Assembly (NCBI GenBank): GCA_903813345.2
Contig: CAIIXF020000001.1
Span: forward strand, 14,136,001 to 14,200,000
Direction: 5' to 3'
DNA length: 64,000 nt
Origin: Owenia fusiformis
Lineage: Eukaryota
Positions 48,417 to 62,140 of this stretch are shown piece after piece. Position 1 is the first letter of the stretch; the number at the start of each line of letters is the position of its first letter. Position numbers and translations under genes: made by a program. A model generated the notes under the pieces. It was not told the origin of the DNA and did not search any database. It saw nothing but the letters and a program-made list of their open reading frames with translations.

Positions 48417-49989
48417 TCGTAATAGATATAACTTGACACTTTATTCAAATGAAGAGGACCAATGCAGACAGGCAAGAATACATCAGCGAGGCATCGGCTG
48501 TAAGAACACATAGTGTAGACTATTATCTCGGAACATTATGGCTAATTATCCAGCCAAATTACTGTAGATGATGTTAATGCCTGAATTAAATTAAAAATAT
48601 GACCAATCGCTATCTATACACTCAGGCAAGAATATATTACATCCGTCAAACATCAGCTGTACAGAGGAGTAGGACTTTGATGACATTTTTATGTCATCAC
48701 CACACTGCCACAAGTGGTGACATATTGTTATAGTCTCCAACTTTTTTGTGGACGTTGTTCAGTCATTGGTGTTTGGAGTTCGGTGATTGGCATTCAGAGT
48801 TTGGTGTCTATAACAAATGGCGGGTGGTGACATTTTGCATGTTAATGCCTTGTATATGCATGTTAACAGCCAAAGATGCTTTAAATGTCGTAAAAATACT
48901 ATCTCATGTTTAAAATAAGGCAAAAAAGGAATGCAGCAGTTGGAAAGTCTCCATGAGTCAGTACCTCAGACTGTATGAAATTCCAGAAAATGAGGCACTC
49001 ATTCAAGTTTAGAGATTCAAACGTACACGTAGATATGACCAGAGGAGAGAATTTCTTTATATTGATCTGCATTATCAAAACAAAACCTGGTGGTTTTAGT
49101 TTTCCGACTCAGCTTTACATAAACAGCATGTCATATATTTGAAAAATATTTAACAACTGTAGTTGTAAATTGTACATAAAAATTGTACATAGTAACGTGA
49201 TTGTCTATTTTTTATTAAGAATTGCACATATTGTAAATCATTTCAAAAATATTAATAGACCAATCCAGTAAATCATGTCACCTTTATTAGTTGTGATGTC
49301 ATTCTTTCATTTTCAGGGCAGAAATAAGAAAAAAGGTAGACCAAGTAAAATCTGGAATATTTTGTCATGCAAACTTATAAGGTTCCAGTTGTACACAACT
49401 ACAGGAAAAAGCTAAAAAATCTCTGAAATCAGAGATATCAGCTTTGCTTCAGATGATAACAAGTTACATTTTTGTCAGTGATGAAACTAGATAAATGGGG
49501 ATGATACAAACTGTATTGGAAAAATACATGGTAATCTCATCAAGGTAGTATCGTCAGTGCTGGATAAATTCATAAGAATAAATTCATAAGATAGTATCTT
49601 CATCCATTTGAGTTAGGATCATCAAAAGGGAAGCTCCAATTTCAGAAGTGTTTTCTTTTTACTTGTTTACAAACTTATTAGTTTGCATGAAGAAGTATTT
49701 GGAACCAGATTTTACTTTTGTTATGTACCTAATATAAGGCAAATGTAGACATTGTGTTAAGAACAGCATAATATATTTGACACATTTTATGTATGGTACA
49801 TATATGATGACAGATCTGTACAAATAAATAATGAGCTATATCATTCCATATAACATGTAATTTTTAAGTATGCTTTGATGTGTGTACATCTTCAGATAAA
49901 AGATTATCCAATTGACCATTAAGTGCAGACATTTTGGCAAAAAACAACAAAGAAAATGCAGATTTACTTTTGCAACAATTTTTTACTAA

Positions 49990-50379
49990 AGGACGATTCT
50001 CGGTTTGGAAAACAGCCTCCTGGGCTAAAAATTTTTTCATGAAAAATATAGAAATATTACCCAAATTAAACAATGAATATTCAAAAGAGGACAATTAAAT
50101 CTACAATATGTAAAAATAACAAATTGGTCTGAAGCAGGGATAATGCTCAAATAGACCGATTCAATAAAATACAAGTCTCGATTTGGGGAAAGAAGTTCAT
50201 CAGTGTACTGCGCTAATATTTTTTTGCGAAAAATCTAGAAATATTACCCAAATTAAATTATGACTATTCAAAAGAAGACCTTCAAATCTATATTATGTAA
50301 AAAAAATCAAATTTGTCCGAAGCAGGGATAATGCTCATTTAGATTGATGAACTTCGTTCTCCAAACCGAGAATCGTCCT
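49990..50379. mobile_element. Kolobok-like MITE with internal ~185-bp direct duplication
   Basis: TIR AGGACGATTCTCGGTTTGGA / TCCAAACCGAGAATCGTCCT. Flanks CTAA/TTCA look like a degenerate TTAA. TAGAAATATTACCCAAATTAAA..GAAGCAGGGATAATGCTCA occurs twice. Confidence 0.7.
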
Positions 50380-50429
50380 TTCATCTCAATTTTGACTCAC
50401 TTGATTCTCCAGAGATTCCTTCAAAAACA

Positions 50430-51550
50430 GGTCAAATTTTATTGATTTTTCAAAACAAGATGTTAATAAAATTTTGTGTGACCTTAATACCTCAAAGCAG
50501 GATGGACCAGACGGAATAACAAATAAAATGTTGAAAATGTGTTGCAACAGTATAGACCAACCATTATTTGACCTTTTCAAAAATGTAATAGAATTAAATA
50601 CATTTCAGAGTTCTTGGAAATTAGGAACTGTACATGTAGTTCCAATTTACATAAATAAAGGTTCCAAATGTGATCCCAGAAATTACAGACCAATTAATCT
50701 CTGTTAAACAACATTTCAAAAATATTTGAACGATTGGTATTCAACAATATGTTCAAATATGTCACTGAAAACAATAACAATAGTCAATATGATTGATGAG
50801 CAAATGGATAATAACTGTGATGTAGAATCTGCGTATGACACAGTTCCACATTATTTATGTTAAAGAAGCTAAAATCATATGGTTTTTCTGATACCATCAT
50901 TAACTTGATTAAATCTTACTTGTCAGATAGATGTCTCCAAGTCAAAGTTAATGGGGAGTTCTCAGAATGTTCATCCTTGGTCCAAGGGTATTTCACTTCT
51001 TTCCAACTGAATTTAAGCATAAATGAAGTTCTTTAAAGAAGGATGAGAACGTTCCCCCGGATAAAGCTCAATACCTCAAGGTTCCATAATTGAACCACTT
51101 TGCTTCCTCCTTTTCATAAATGACCTTATGAGGTTCTTAATCATAGCCAATTATATCTGTATGCAGATGACAGTTCTATTTTCTTTCCTTGGTAAAGAAA
51201 CAAAAACATCTTTGACCTCCACAAAAATTTTCAACCTGACCTAGACAAACTTTCAGAATGGTCCCTTAAATGGAAGTCAATTTTCAAACCTTCAAAAAGT
51301 GTAAAAATTATTTTTAAGGGGTCAAGAAGGAAACAACTACGACACCCTCCTGTCTTTCTAAGCAATGAAAAAATTAAGAGATCAGTTCACCGTTAACACT
51401 TGGGAATAACATTAGATGAACACTTATCTTTTAGGCCTCATATACAAGAAACTGATAAATGTAATGCAATGTTAAATACATTGAAATTCCTAAAAAATAA
51501 AAAATAAGATCAAAACATTTGGAAAAAATGTACCTCTCATTTATACTCTA
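50430..51550 (+). mobile_element. Degenerate CR1-like LINE reverse-transcriptase fragment
   Basis: Frameshifted motifs in order: K..GPDGI.NKMLK, WK...VVPIY.KG.K.DP.NYRPI.L, SKIFERLV, AYDTVPH, PQGS, FIND, LYADDS, W..KW...F.P.K, HLGI.LD..LSF..HI. Confidence 0.85.
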
Positions 51551-51813
51551 ATACTATCAGATTTTAAAAAAATGAGTTTTTTAGTTCATGTATTAAAGCT
51601 GAACATTCAGCCAACCATTGCTCCTATGCTGTTGCACGACACAATTGTTTGCCAGTAAACAACTTGATCAGTAGTTTAACAATGCAAGGTTCACTGACTT
51701 TTAATTCAGTGCATTTCTATTCAACTGGTCAGCTAGGAGGAGGTCAACATTTATTATACTTTACTGAATCAATCAGACTAAAGCCTGGATATTGGCAATA
51801 CTATCATGTTGTT

Positions 51814-52217
51814 AAGGCTCAGCTGGAAAGCAACATTTTGGTAAAAAATTGCTGTACCTGTACATGTTATTTTCTGGTTCAAAATTAAGTATGAAGGCAT
51901 GTGCGTATTTCCTTGCTTTTTTCAGGAAAGTATCATTACATTGTCTACTAGTAAATCTGGAAACAGGTCAATGGTAGCTCCTGTGCTGTCTGGAAACTTT
52001 GAAAGAAAATTTGGAAAAATAGAAAGTGTGAAATATCTGAATTTCCTGGAGTTCTCATTGACCTCTTACCAGATATACTAAAAGAAGACAATGTAATGAT
52101 ACTTCCCTGAAAAAAGCAAAGTAATTACCACATACCTTCATACTTTATTTTGTACCAGGAAATAACATGTGCAGGTATAGCAATGTTTTACCAAAATGTT
52201 ATTTTCTAGCTGTACCT
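51814..52217. mobile_element. Foldback MITE with ~130-bp imperfect arms
   Basis: 51832-51945 (AACATTTTGGTAAAA..GTATCATTACATTGTCT) is the reverse complement of 52087-52200. Confidence 0.75.
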
Positions 52218-52940
52218 AATACAATAAACCTTTAGCAAAATAATAGGCAGACTCCTCTCCTCTGGAACCCCAAAAATGGGAATATTATAATCCCAAGCCT
52301 CAAAGCAGAAAAGTATGAAGCAAACATTTAGACATTGGGACTTCTGACATGCTGATTTGGGATAAAATGAGACCATATTACACTTTACATGGTATGACAC
52401 ACAGCTTGATTGCTGGTCAACTGCATATTTTAAATATATGCAGTCATATTGTAAGGCCAGAGAAAACAATTTAAGTGTTTAACATTCATGATTAAAGAAA
52501 TTAATAGCATTTATGTTATTTCAAATGAGGATCTTGAGAAAAAAACTTTTTTTCCTCTTCATCCTAGATTTTAAAGTATTATACTGTCAAACCAAATAAA
52601 TACCAAAATAAAAAATAAATATAACAGAGCATGTTGCTGCTGAAAAGGGAGACCTTGTAGCATGATAAAAAAATATTGCACACATTATCTATTTAGCCTG
52701 GCCTAATCAACTTATTATATAATAGATGTGCATTGTGCACTACTAAAGTAGTTGCCAATTTGATCACAAATTTACTTGGCGTGAACTTGCTGGATGTATT
52801 TTTATCATTAAATATACGCCTGTGTCAAATGTAATATGGTTTATTCTATGAAATAGAGTAAAATTGAGTAGGTTTGTTACTAAAGGACATTTCAAACCTT
52901 AGTTATATTATCAGGCAAGTAAAGGACTGGAGCAATAAAG

Positions 52941-55900
52941 ATGATGAAGTTATGGTGCATAATGAAAAGGAACAGGTTCAGTTTGATGAGAGCTTTCTTG
53001 ACCTTAGTTTTCGTTGGATTTCTACTACGCTTGATTAATTACTTTAGGATTGCAGGTACAGTAGTGTTGCGTTGATGCAGTTTTAGATATCCAAGTACAT
53101 GTCTTTGATTTATGGGGTCATTTCTATAGTGTACAGTAAAACCTGTCTCCTCCGAACACCATAGGGACTGGCTAAAAATGTTCGGATTGAAAGGTGTTCG
53201 GATTTCGAGGTTTTTCCATCCGTAAGATTATGAATTTTAAATAAATATAAATGCATTCTCAATGAAAATTAATATTTCTGTTGCCAACATAACTTTTTGC
53301 TATTCCAAAATCTGATTCAAATGAATTTAGTCATGTTAGAAAGGCCCATTATGATTGAGACCATTTGATGTTTTTTTCAAAGTATTATCATAACAAATCA
53401 GTGTTAATTGAAAATATTTGAGCAGTTTTGTAAGAAATATGTGATATTTTGTAAAAAGTGTTTAGATTAGACAGGTTAATTTTTCAAATATGAGTGTTTG
53501 GATTAGGTGTTCAGATTTCAAGGTTTTTTAACATGGGAGGAAAAAATGGAATTGGAAAAAAGTGTTCAGATTGGAAGGTGTTCAGATTAGCCAGGTGTTC
53601 GGATATACAGTTTTCACTGTATACAGGGTGTCAAATAAATATGTTCTCCCTCCTCAACTTTAACATCCACAAAATGTTGCATAACTTTTCTGTCTGTATG
53701 ATATCTGAATTGTTCGTTGGCACCTTAAAGCTAGGCTTCATGTAGCAACTCTACAATAAGTTTCAAATGACTAGCTCAGCTTTGTGGACTTTTATGTACA
53801 AAAGTTCATACTCTTGAAATCAAGGGGAGAACATATTTCTGAAAATGGATACTGAGTTATGTCTTCTTCACTGAATTGATAATTTTTAAAATGTACAATA
53901 TCTGGATTTCAAAATTTTTCAAAATACCTCATTTTTGTTTTCAGATCCTATAGACTCTGAGAGCTTTGAAAATGGCAATGCTATAAACTATTATCCAACT
54001 ATTGCAATAAATAAGCAACTTGAAGAATCCCAAAAACAGCACAATGTGGAACCTTTGAAAGACCCAATAAATACTGTAAGCAGCCCAAGAAAGACTATAG
54101 AAAACATCAAGGAAGATGCTGTTAATGACCCACAAATTGATAAGCTTGAGGTTGATAGAAACATTGGAGGAACTAATGGTGACAATGCAGAAACAGGTTT
54201 TGACAATGAAAAAACTGGGCCTGATGCAGCAACAGGTTTTGAAGATGCAGGAACTGGCTTTGAAGATGATCAGAAACTTGGCCATCATAACAGTAGAAAT
54301 TTACTCCGGGTTGATACCACTAAACTATTGGTGTATGGCTACATGCGTGGAGGGACAACTCTCCTGGGTGATATATTTAAGACTGATCCTGGAGCAATGT
54401 ACTGGTTTGAACCTCTGACTGGATTCTACGATAACCTGTATGGATTACATTACTATCTGAACCCATGGGGTATAACACATTATCCCAATGGCTCACTCAG
54501 GTAATGATATCTTTTTCTTCAGATTTTAAAATATGTGTTAACATCACCAAACTTAAAAAACACAGATATTGAGGCACAAGGGATTTAAGAGCTTCTTAAA
54601 GCATTTTGGGTCATTGATTCTGTGCAATCATCTCATATGTAGCACACGTACAGTAAAACCTCCATGCATACCCTACTGACTTCTGTATAAATTACGCTCT
54701 ATGTAGTGAACACTTACCAATACTGACCATTTTTCTGCGCAAAAAATGTTCAATAGACACAGGTTTAACTGTACTTGCACTTAAACATTCAGAAACTTGG
54801 CTTGAGAAATAAACATTATGTGTTTTAAATTTCAGAAATATCCCAGCATATGAGGAAAAGTTTGTAGCAGAAAAACTGGATAATCTGTACAGATGTAAGC
54901 TGGATGAAACCCCCCAAGAGGTGTTCTATCGTGTTGAAGATCTCCCTGGAGGTGCCTTAGAAAAACTCCACAAGTGTATACAAATCCATAATGGTGGTCC
55001 ATTTGCTCAAATGTTCTTTAATTGTAAAAAGCACTTGTCTGAAACTTGCTCACACACATTTCAATTTGTATCAAAATTTGAACAAAAATGTTTAAATCCA
55101 TATCTGAATATAGGAAATCCTGGGACTACTGCTTACCTCAGTGATCAATATGAACAGCATGAATCGTGTATGAACAATTTAAAGCCTTACTTACAACGGT
55201 GCATGCATTTGGTTCAAGCACCATGTAATAAGAGTTCACTAAGGGTTGTGAAAGCATTGAGGATGACGCTAAAAGGGATTAAAGGACTGATGCAAAGGGA
55301 CTCAGATATCAAGATGGTGCACTACTTCAGAGATCCAAGGGCAATTCTAGCCTCTAGGAATTCACTCGGAGGATTACAGGTATTATACACAATAAGGGGC
55401 AATAAAACTCACTATAATGGGCAATAAAACTCACTATAAGGGGCAATAGAATCTCGCGATAAGGGGCAATAGAACTTACAATAAGGGGCAATAAACCTCA
55501 CTATAAGGGGCAATAGAGCTCACTTTAATGGGCAATAAAACTCACTATAAGGGGCAATAGAATCTCGCAATAAGGGGCAATAGAACTTACAATAAGGAGC
55601 AATAGAGATCACAATAAGGGGCAATAGATCTAACAATGAGGGGTAACAGAACTCACAATAAGTGACATTTATCTGGGTTTACAAAAAATTATAGATCTTT
55701 TTCATAAAATGTATTAAATGTAATTATTTGACAATGTTTGGTTACATGAATACATTTTCAAACTTAAAAGTCATGAATATTTCCATTTCAAAATGAATAA
55801 TCCATCTACAACTACAACAAAAGACACCGATGCACAAGATACCCTTGATGAACAAAATTCACCAAACAACACAAACCTTTGTATATATGACAATGAGTAT

Positions 55901-56300
55901 TATATTTATTCTTATTTTACAGATGGATAAAAACCTAACATTTGCTGCCAAGGCACTGTGTGATAAGATGGAAATGGACTACATATCATATAACTCACTT
56001 ACATCTGAAGAACAAAAACGCACACTACAACTTAAATATGAAGATCTGATCCTTGAACCAACTGATACGCTCCATAAATTATATGACTTCATTGAGAGAG
56101 ATTTGCCTGATGAGACTCTAACATGGTTAAAGGAGAGAATGAATTGTAAGGGGCATGAGAATGCATATTCAACTTGTAGAAGTAATGCCAGAATGACAGC
56201 CTTTGCATGGAGGACAAAACTTGGCAACAATGTAATCAAGGAGATAAATGATGTTTGTGGTTCACTGTTAACATTATTAAATTACCCAATTACATTTTAA
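52941..56300 (+). CDS. Golgi carbohydrate sulfotransferase, CHST1/3/4-like (Sulfotransfer_1), 4 exons
   Basis: Exons 52941(or 52962)-53055, 53945-54500, 54836-55379 and 55923-56300 are in phase. Signal anchor MKRNRFSLMRAFLTLVFVGFLLRLINYF. Motifs YGYMRGGTTLLG (5'-PSB), YWFEP, HYFRDPRAILASR (3'-PB), LKYEDL and AFAWR. Confidence 0.87.
53134..53619. mobile_element. Tc1/pogo(Tigger)-type MITE
   Basis: TA|CAGTAAAACCTGTCT.C.CCGAACAC ... GTGTTCGGATATACAGTTTTCACTG|TA, with repeated GTGTTC(A/G)GATT subterminal motifs. Confidence 0.75.
55388..55661. repeat. 22-bp minisatellite (~12 copies, CACTATAAGGGGCAATAAAACT)
   Basis: Tandem units start 8 bp after the exon-3 donor of the sulfotransferase. Confidence 0.9.
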
Positions 56301-57828
56301 ACAATTACATGTAAATAGTAATCAACCACCTATAAGAGGGCAGTGGGAATTAAATTGAGCTATTACATATAACTACATACTATAATATCACACCTGAGTA
56401 GCTCATCTCATGGTATTCTGGTATTTGAAAAAATTCACACCCACATGCATAGGCATGATGATATTTTATTGACTTTTTTTTCATCTATTTTAACAATAAC
56501 ATGACATAAAAATAACTTATTATGTAAAAACTTAATAACATTCCTTTGGATTTCACTCAAAATTGCCGTCAATGTCATTAGACTTTGGCAATTACCCAAA
56601 TGCGAGTAGGTAGTTACCAGTTTTACCACCAGATGGCTGATTCGGGTCAATTAACATGGCAGGTATATAAGAAAGTTCCCCTAAACTTGAATATTATCAA
56701 TTTAAGTGGCTCAATTTTCATATAACCCTTATGCGTCTGATACTTATACTAATGAAAATATGTCCAGTAAAGCAAAATATTATCTGTCCACTAAAAGAAA
56801 AGATATTTCATTTTTTGTGATTTTATAGCATTGGGTCTATGGGGATTCTCCCCGAGCTAGAAGTCACATTTTCAAAGAAAATTAATTTTTCAAAGTTGAT
56901 AAACACTTTTTAAAACCACATTTCTAGATGTAATTTTACATGTAGATTTCAAATATGATATTACTTTGACTGAATTTTTAATGACGTAAATCAAGATTAT
57001 TTCTACTCGCATCTGGGTTATTGTTTAAGTTTGTATATCTGTATTTTATGGAATACAATAAAGATGATTAATAAAAAAAACAAAAAAAAAACATGCATAG
57101 GCCAAGGGATGATTTTTCATTTTGTGTTTACATTTTAAAAAATTTTACTACTATTTTTCCCTCAGCCTATGCCTATATGCATCATACCAATCGTTGTACC
57201 CATGTACTACTGGTACCATAGCATACCATTTGTTTTCTTTAATATGAAAATTAAATGTTTTTTTATTAATAATTTAAAAAGGTTGATATTTTATATCATT
57301 AATTGTATGTTTCAATCAGTTTTTGCAATTAAATAGTAAGTTATCAATAAAATTGCAGAGCTCTTCATCTAAGGAAGGTCATTCAAATAGCTATTGTAAA
57401 TAAAATAAATATGGATTTTGAGAGATTTGTCTTTTCTAAAGGGAATTATAACATATGTATCTAAAAATAGATGGATATTGTATGATAATCAGAAAGTGCA
57501 TTTCACAAATGAATTCCATTATAAGTTAGTTACAGTATATTGAGTTGTATATTAGGAACTGCATGCCTTATTTATAAAATAAAACGTTGCATTATTTTAA
57601 AAGACACTTCAAACTGACACACATTGACATGTTTGACACATTACATAAGACACTTCAACATACCTCTTTTCTGTATTTTGAGCTATCAACTTTCGTGAAA
57701 TTGGCCTTGAACAATGTTGTTGGGGTGGAATATAAAAAGTTGATCAATATTGATATCTGATAAGAGTTCATAGTTAAAGTTCACATTTCACAGAAGAACA
57801 TCATGTTTTATAGATAGGCTATACAGTA

Positions 57829-58013
57829 CTTGCCCGTAGCCAGCTTTTACCAGGAGGGGGAGCTTTTTCCAGGGGGGGGGAGCTTTTTCACAATTTTGGC
57901 TAAAAATCATGCGAAAAATTCTCAGAATGGTGAAAAACTGCATGATTTTGAAAGAATTTCTGGCCAGGAGGGGAGCTTCCGCTCCCCCAGCTCCCCCTCT
58001 GGCTACGGGCCTG
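57829..58013. mobile_element. hAT-like MITE with 5-bp TSD (related to 47773-47979, opposite orientation)
   Basis: CAGTA|CTTGCCCGTAGCCAG ... CTGGCTACGGGCCTG|CAGTA. Its reverse complement matches the TGGCCA.AAATTCTTTCAAAATCATGC.GTTTTTCACCATT segment of the other copy. Confidence 0.75.
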
Positions 58014-58365
58014 CAGTAATATGTGTTAAAAATATCCAAGAAAATATTTCGTGATTCAAATTGACATTCTCTATAAAATAAGTGAACAAAAAATGATACT
58101 GTTCCATTCTATGTCACCACCTCAAGTAAAGACATATTGGTATAGTATCCAACTTTTTGTGAATGATGGTGTTGGTATTTGGTTTTGGTGTTTGATGTCT
58201 GTAACAAATGGCAGGTCCATGTGGCATTTTGCATGTTAGTGCCTTGTCATTGCTTATTGTTAACAGTTGTATTTACAATTCATGTATTTGTTTTTTATTT
58301 CATTGTATGTTTGGCCAGAGGGCATTTAATTAGTACAAAAAATTGTAATTTTATGTAATTATATC

Positions 58366-60865
58366 TCAGGTCAATGGCCACAGTGATGTGGGCAGGAATG
58401 TTCTGTATTGGGGTGCTTCACTTGTTGCCATACTAGGGCTGAATAGTAGACCTGTGAGTAATTCCACATCCTTCAACCTGGCCCCATTGTCCAGTAAATA
58501 GTCTTGCATGGTGTAACAATTCACTGTAGAGTTCATATGTGGAAGGAGGAATGATAATATTGATGGATTAGCACAGTTCCAAGTATCACCAATAGGTGTA
58601 GACACTGCATCAGAACATTTTTGGACGATCACAAAGAAATGACTCGCTATAGTACTTGTGTTGGCCTCTCCACTGAAAAACATCATTCCAAAATAAATAA
58701 TAATGATTGCACATAAGTTTGTTTCTTGCGATCAGACCATAGGTACTAGCTAGCTAAAAGAAAGATGGCAGGGTTGTTCATGTAGCTCTTTATGTGTAAT
58801 ACCATCTTTCAATCAATATAAAAATATTTCTTTAATGGCCCCTCAGCCTATTAATCGTGGAGAACATCATACATGAGATGCGACACTAAACAGTACATAT
58901 TTATGGACAAATGAGGGATGTATGCTTCAGAATACTAGTTTTCAACTTAACTGAGATAATATTCATCCCAACTTTAAACAAGCAATAAAATGTTGAACAT
59001 GTATTCACTGAATGCCCAATTGATTGCAATCTTTATTATTGCTAAGTTGCTAGAGGCAATAGAAAGCAAATAAACAATGTATATTTTGTGTATAAAAATC
59101 CTATATCCATGTGGTAGGAAATATCTTCATGTAATATCCATTAACCAGAAAACAAATAGACAACGTAAAATATTTTGTGTATAAAAATCCAATATCCATG
59201 TTGGGTAGGAAATACCTTCATGTAATATCCATTCCAAAAATGTCTCATTTCACTTTACATATACTGTACATGTATGTACTCACTTTGTCATGTTACCACG
59301 GAGACCATCACCATCATAGTCAAACACCTGTCCCACTTTGACATGGATCTTGTTGTATAGTGTAGCCCACTGTTTGAGGTAGCTCAACACTTCTAGCCAT
59401 ATTCCTGGAGATACACATATATGTGTCATAGGCTTTGGTTACAGGACATTTCATGGGGAAACTACTCAATGCTATGACTGATGGCTGACATTAGGGGGCC
59501 ATTTTACTATCACTGAGGGCATATAACAATTTGCGATAACTTACAAAGTGGTGACATTTTGTTATATACAATGGATTATCCTACACTTTGTGTACTAAAT
59601 GTATAATAACATTAAAAAATAAATTTGATATTTATTGGCAAAATGAATAACCGGAGGATATCATGATGATATACTCCGGGCGGAGGATATCGTGACGATA
59701 TACTCCAGAAAACCCAATATGCGGAGGATATTGTGACGATATACTCCGCTTGTTGATTTCCCGCCAAGTAGACTCTTTTTTGGCATGAAATTCATTCTGC
59801 AATGATATCATACATTTAGTACACTCCTTTTAAGTGTAGGATAATAAGAACATCCTATGATTTTTTTCAGAATATCATTTTAATCTACTCGGTGATATTG
59901 ATATATGCACTCGTTCACTTTGCAGATATCAATATCACCTCGTAGATAAAAATGATATTCCTCAAAATCATAGGATATCCTATAAATATTTATATTATAT
60001 ACAATATCCCTTTACCTTGGTGGAAGCCTTCATACATCGGAACCACATTAGTTGTGATCAGTGCATCCATTTGGTGGTCTCTGCTGGAACTAAAATCTGC
60101 AAAAAGGTCATGGACTATCAAGGTCAACAAAACAATCGAACTAGATCAAATGCAAGTAGCGTATTTTGTAATGAGGATTCTTTAGTTTAGCACTGAACAC
60201 CTTTAATCTATTTTTGGCTGAAATTAATTAGGTCCATTCCATTATTAACTAAATCATGTAAGCATGGGGTTTCAACCTGTGGGAAAGAGGGCTGCTTGAA
60301 CAGTTGTGTTGGATGTGGTCATTGAACAGCTGTATTGGGACTCTGATGGAACTCTCACATCTCCTCTCAAACAGCTGTGGCTTGGTGGATCAAGACTTCC
60401 CTAGAAATACAAAATTATAATTTTAACAAAGTATACAGACAATACAAAAATACATGAAGAAAGGCATCAAAATATTAAGCATGTAGACTCTTAAACTAGA
60501 ATTCCACCAGTGCTTCATACTTGTTTCAGGGAATAACAAAATGGTACTGGGTTATGGTAAAAAGGTGGCATTATGTAGACATGGTGACCTTTATACGTAT
60601 ATGTGAGTCACATTAAGAGAATTACAATAAAAATGCATGAATAACAAACCAGATTTTTAGTTAGTGTGTATGCTGTCCAAAGTGGCCGTTTCTCATTGAG
60701 ACTATATCCCATTACATAGTCCTGCTGTGTAAGAACACATGCGCTCTCTGCCTCTAACAGCACTGGTAGACCATCAGGTACTTGCTCAGTGATCACTGCT
60801 TCTGTTTCAGCCTTAGTTAGGTTCAGCTGTTTGTCATACTCCTCTACATCTTTGGGGAAGTCATT
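58366..60865 (-). CDS. Ectonucleotide pyrophosphatase/phosphodiesterase (ENPP1/3-like), last 5 exons (nuclease-like domain); 5' part not located in this window
   Basis: Exons (-) 60865-60650, 60400-60277, 60096-60016, 59404-59284 and 58672-58366 are in phase. Motifs LNLT, CVLTQQDYVMGYS..RPLWTAYT, CLRGDVRV, DALITTNVVPMY.GF, VFDYDGDG, SHFFVIV, SFLLPH and ARLKDVELLTGL.F. Confidence 0.88.
59651..59748. repeat. Three copies of CGGAGGATAT(C/T)(A/G)TGA(T/C)GATATACTCC
   Basis: Copies at ~59652, ~59682 and ~59722. Confidence 0.7.
59853..59977. repeat. Palindromic mini-element
   Basis: ATCCTATGATTTT..GAATATCATTTT.ATCTAC..GGTGATATTGATAT.TGCA pairs with TGCA.ATATCAATATCACC..GTAGAT.AAAATGATATTC..AAAATCATAGGAT. 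Confidence 0.7.
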
Positions 60866-61932
60866 CTGAAATGTATAATAAAAGCAACATATTATACATG
60901 GGCACATCATAAGAGACCTGCTCAGTAATAACTCCCATCTCAATATGAGTCATGTTCAATATTTTTCATCATACTACTCAATATCTTTTGGAAAGTCATT
61001 CTAAAATGCAATGCAATAAAATGCATGCAATTGCAACCACATAATTATAAATTCTACATGTATTATACATGTAGAAGGCAAAGGGTGAAGGATATTGTAT
61101 CTATAAAAAATGGCTGATTTAAAATCTAAAGTCTAGTCATTTGTAGATTTCTATACCAATATAAACACTCCTGAAATTTTTTATCTTTCAAGAATTTATT
61201 GCTTGTTATTATTCATTCATTCAATTCAATATATTTATCTATTATTATCAGTTTATTTGTTGTCTGACAATGTGTAGGCAAATAAAGCAAGAGGCTGCCA
61301 CTTTTAGGTACCTTAAAAATGAGACCAGATACTATTATAGTGAATTGGTGCACTAAACAAGTCATTTCATTAGAATATTAAGAATGCAAGATGATGTCAT
61401 GTTTATGAGCTCTCATCCACCCACACGTTTATCATGAAGTATGTTTCTCCGAATGAGGAAGTACTTCAGTTTGTTATAAAGTTCTCAGTGACCTATGAGT
61501 GTAAATATAACAGATATAATAATAATACCTTGTTTAATTGATACACTGATATGACATTAAGAAAATCTGAGAAAGAACCTTCTTGTTATGCACCATTTAA
61601 AAATTTGTGTGTTAGACCTCCAAGTGGGGAGGGTCAGGAATTTCACATGCAGTTTTTCTCCGGGGGATGATATTTGGAGGGAGTACTTTGTCCCAAGAGT
61701 AAGGAATGTATAAAATGCATATTCCATTATCAGAATTTTGACTATATTTGATCAGCTTTAATTGCTCCCAGGGTGAGGAAATTGACTCACCATGTTGCTC
61801 CCGGAATTTTGTCAAAATCCCTACCCATTCACACATTGGGAATCTCACACAAACCTTTGAATGGTGCATTATAAAAAATAACTAGATTGGTAAATTGAAC
61901 AAAGTTCAATTTAAGACTCCAGATTGATTTAC

Positions 61933-62140
61933 TTGAGTAAAGAGCTGAGTAAGTAACTGAGTAGGAAGCTGAGTAAGTAGATGATTATGTAATTGAGTAA
62001 GTAGCTGAGTAGGTAGCTGAGTAAGCAGCTGAGCAGGTAGCTGAGTAAGTAGCTGAGTAGGTAGCTGAGTAAGTAGCTGAGTAGGTAGCTGAGTAGGTAG
62101 CAAAGTAGGTAGCCGAGTAGGTAAGTAGGTAGGTAAGTAG
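61933..62140. repeat. 12-bp minisatellite (GTAGCTGAGTA(A/G))
   Basis: About 15 imperfect tandem units that decay into (GTAG)n. Confidence 0.9.

Noticed and set aside
55388-55661. Regularly spaced repeats resembling a CRISPR array
   Set aside because: The 22-bp units are contiguous with no unique spacers, lie in a eukaryotic intron and have no cas genes nearby; this is a minisatellite.
61612-61869. Possible additional upstream ENPP exon
   Set aside because: No convincing acceptor/donor pair or ENPP motif; left unannotated.
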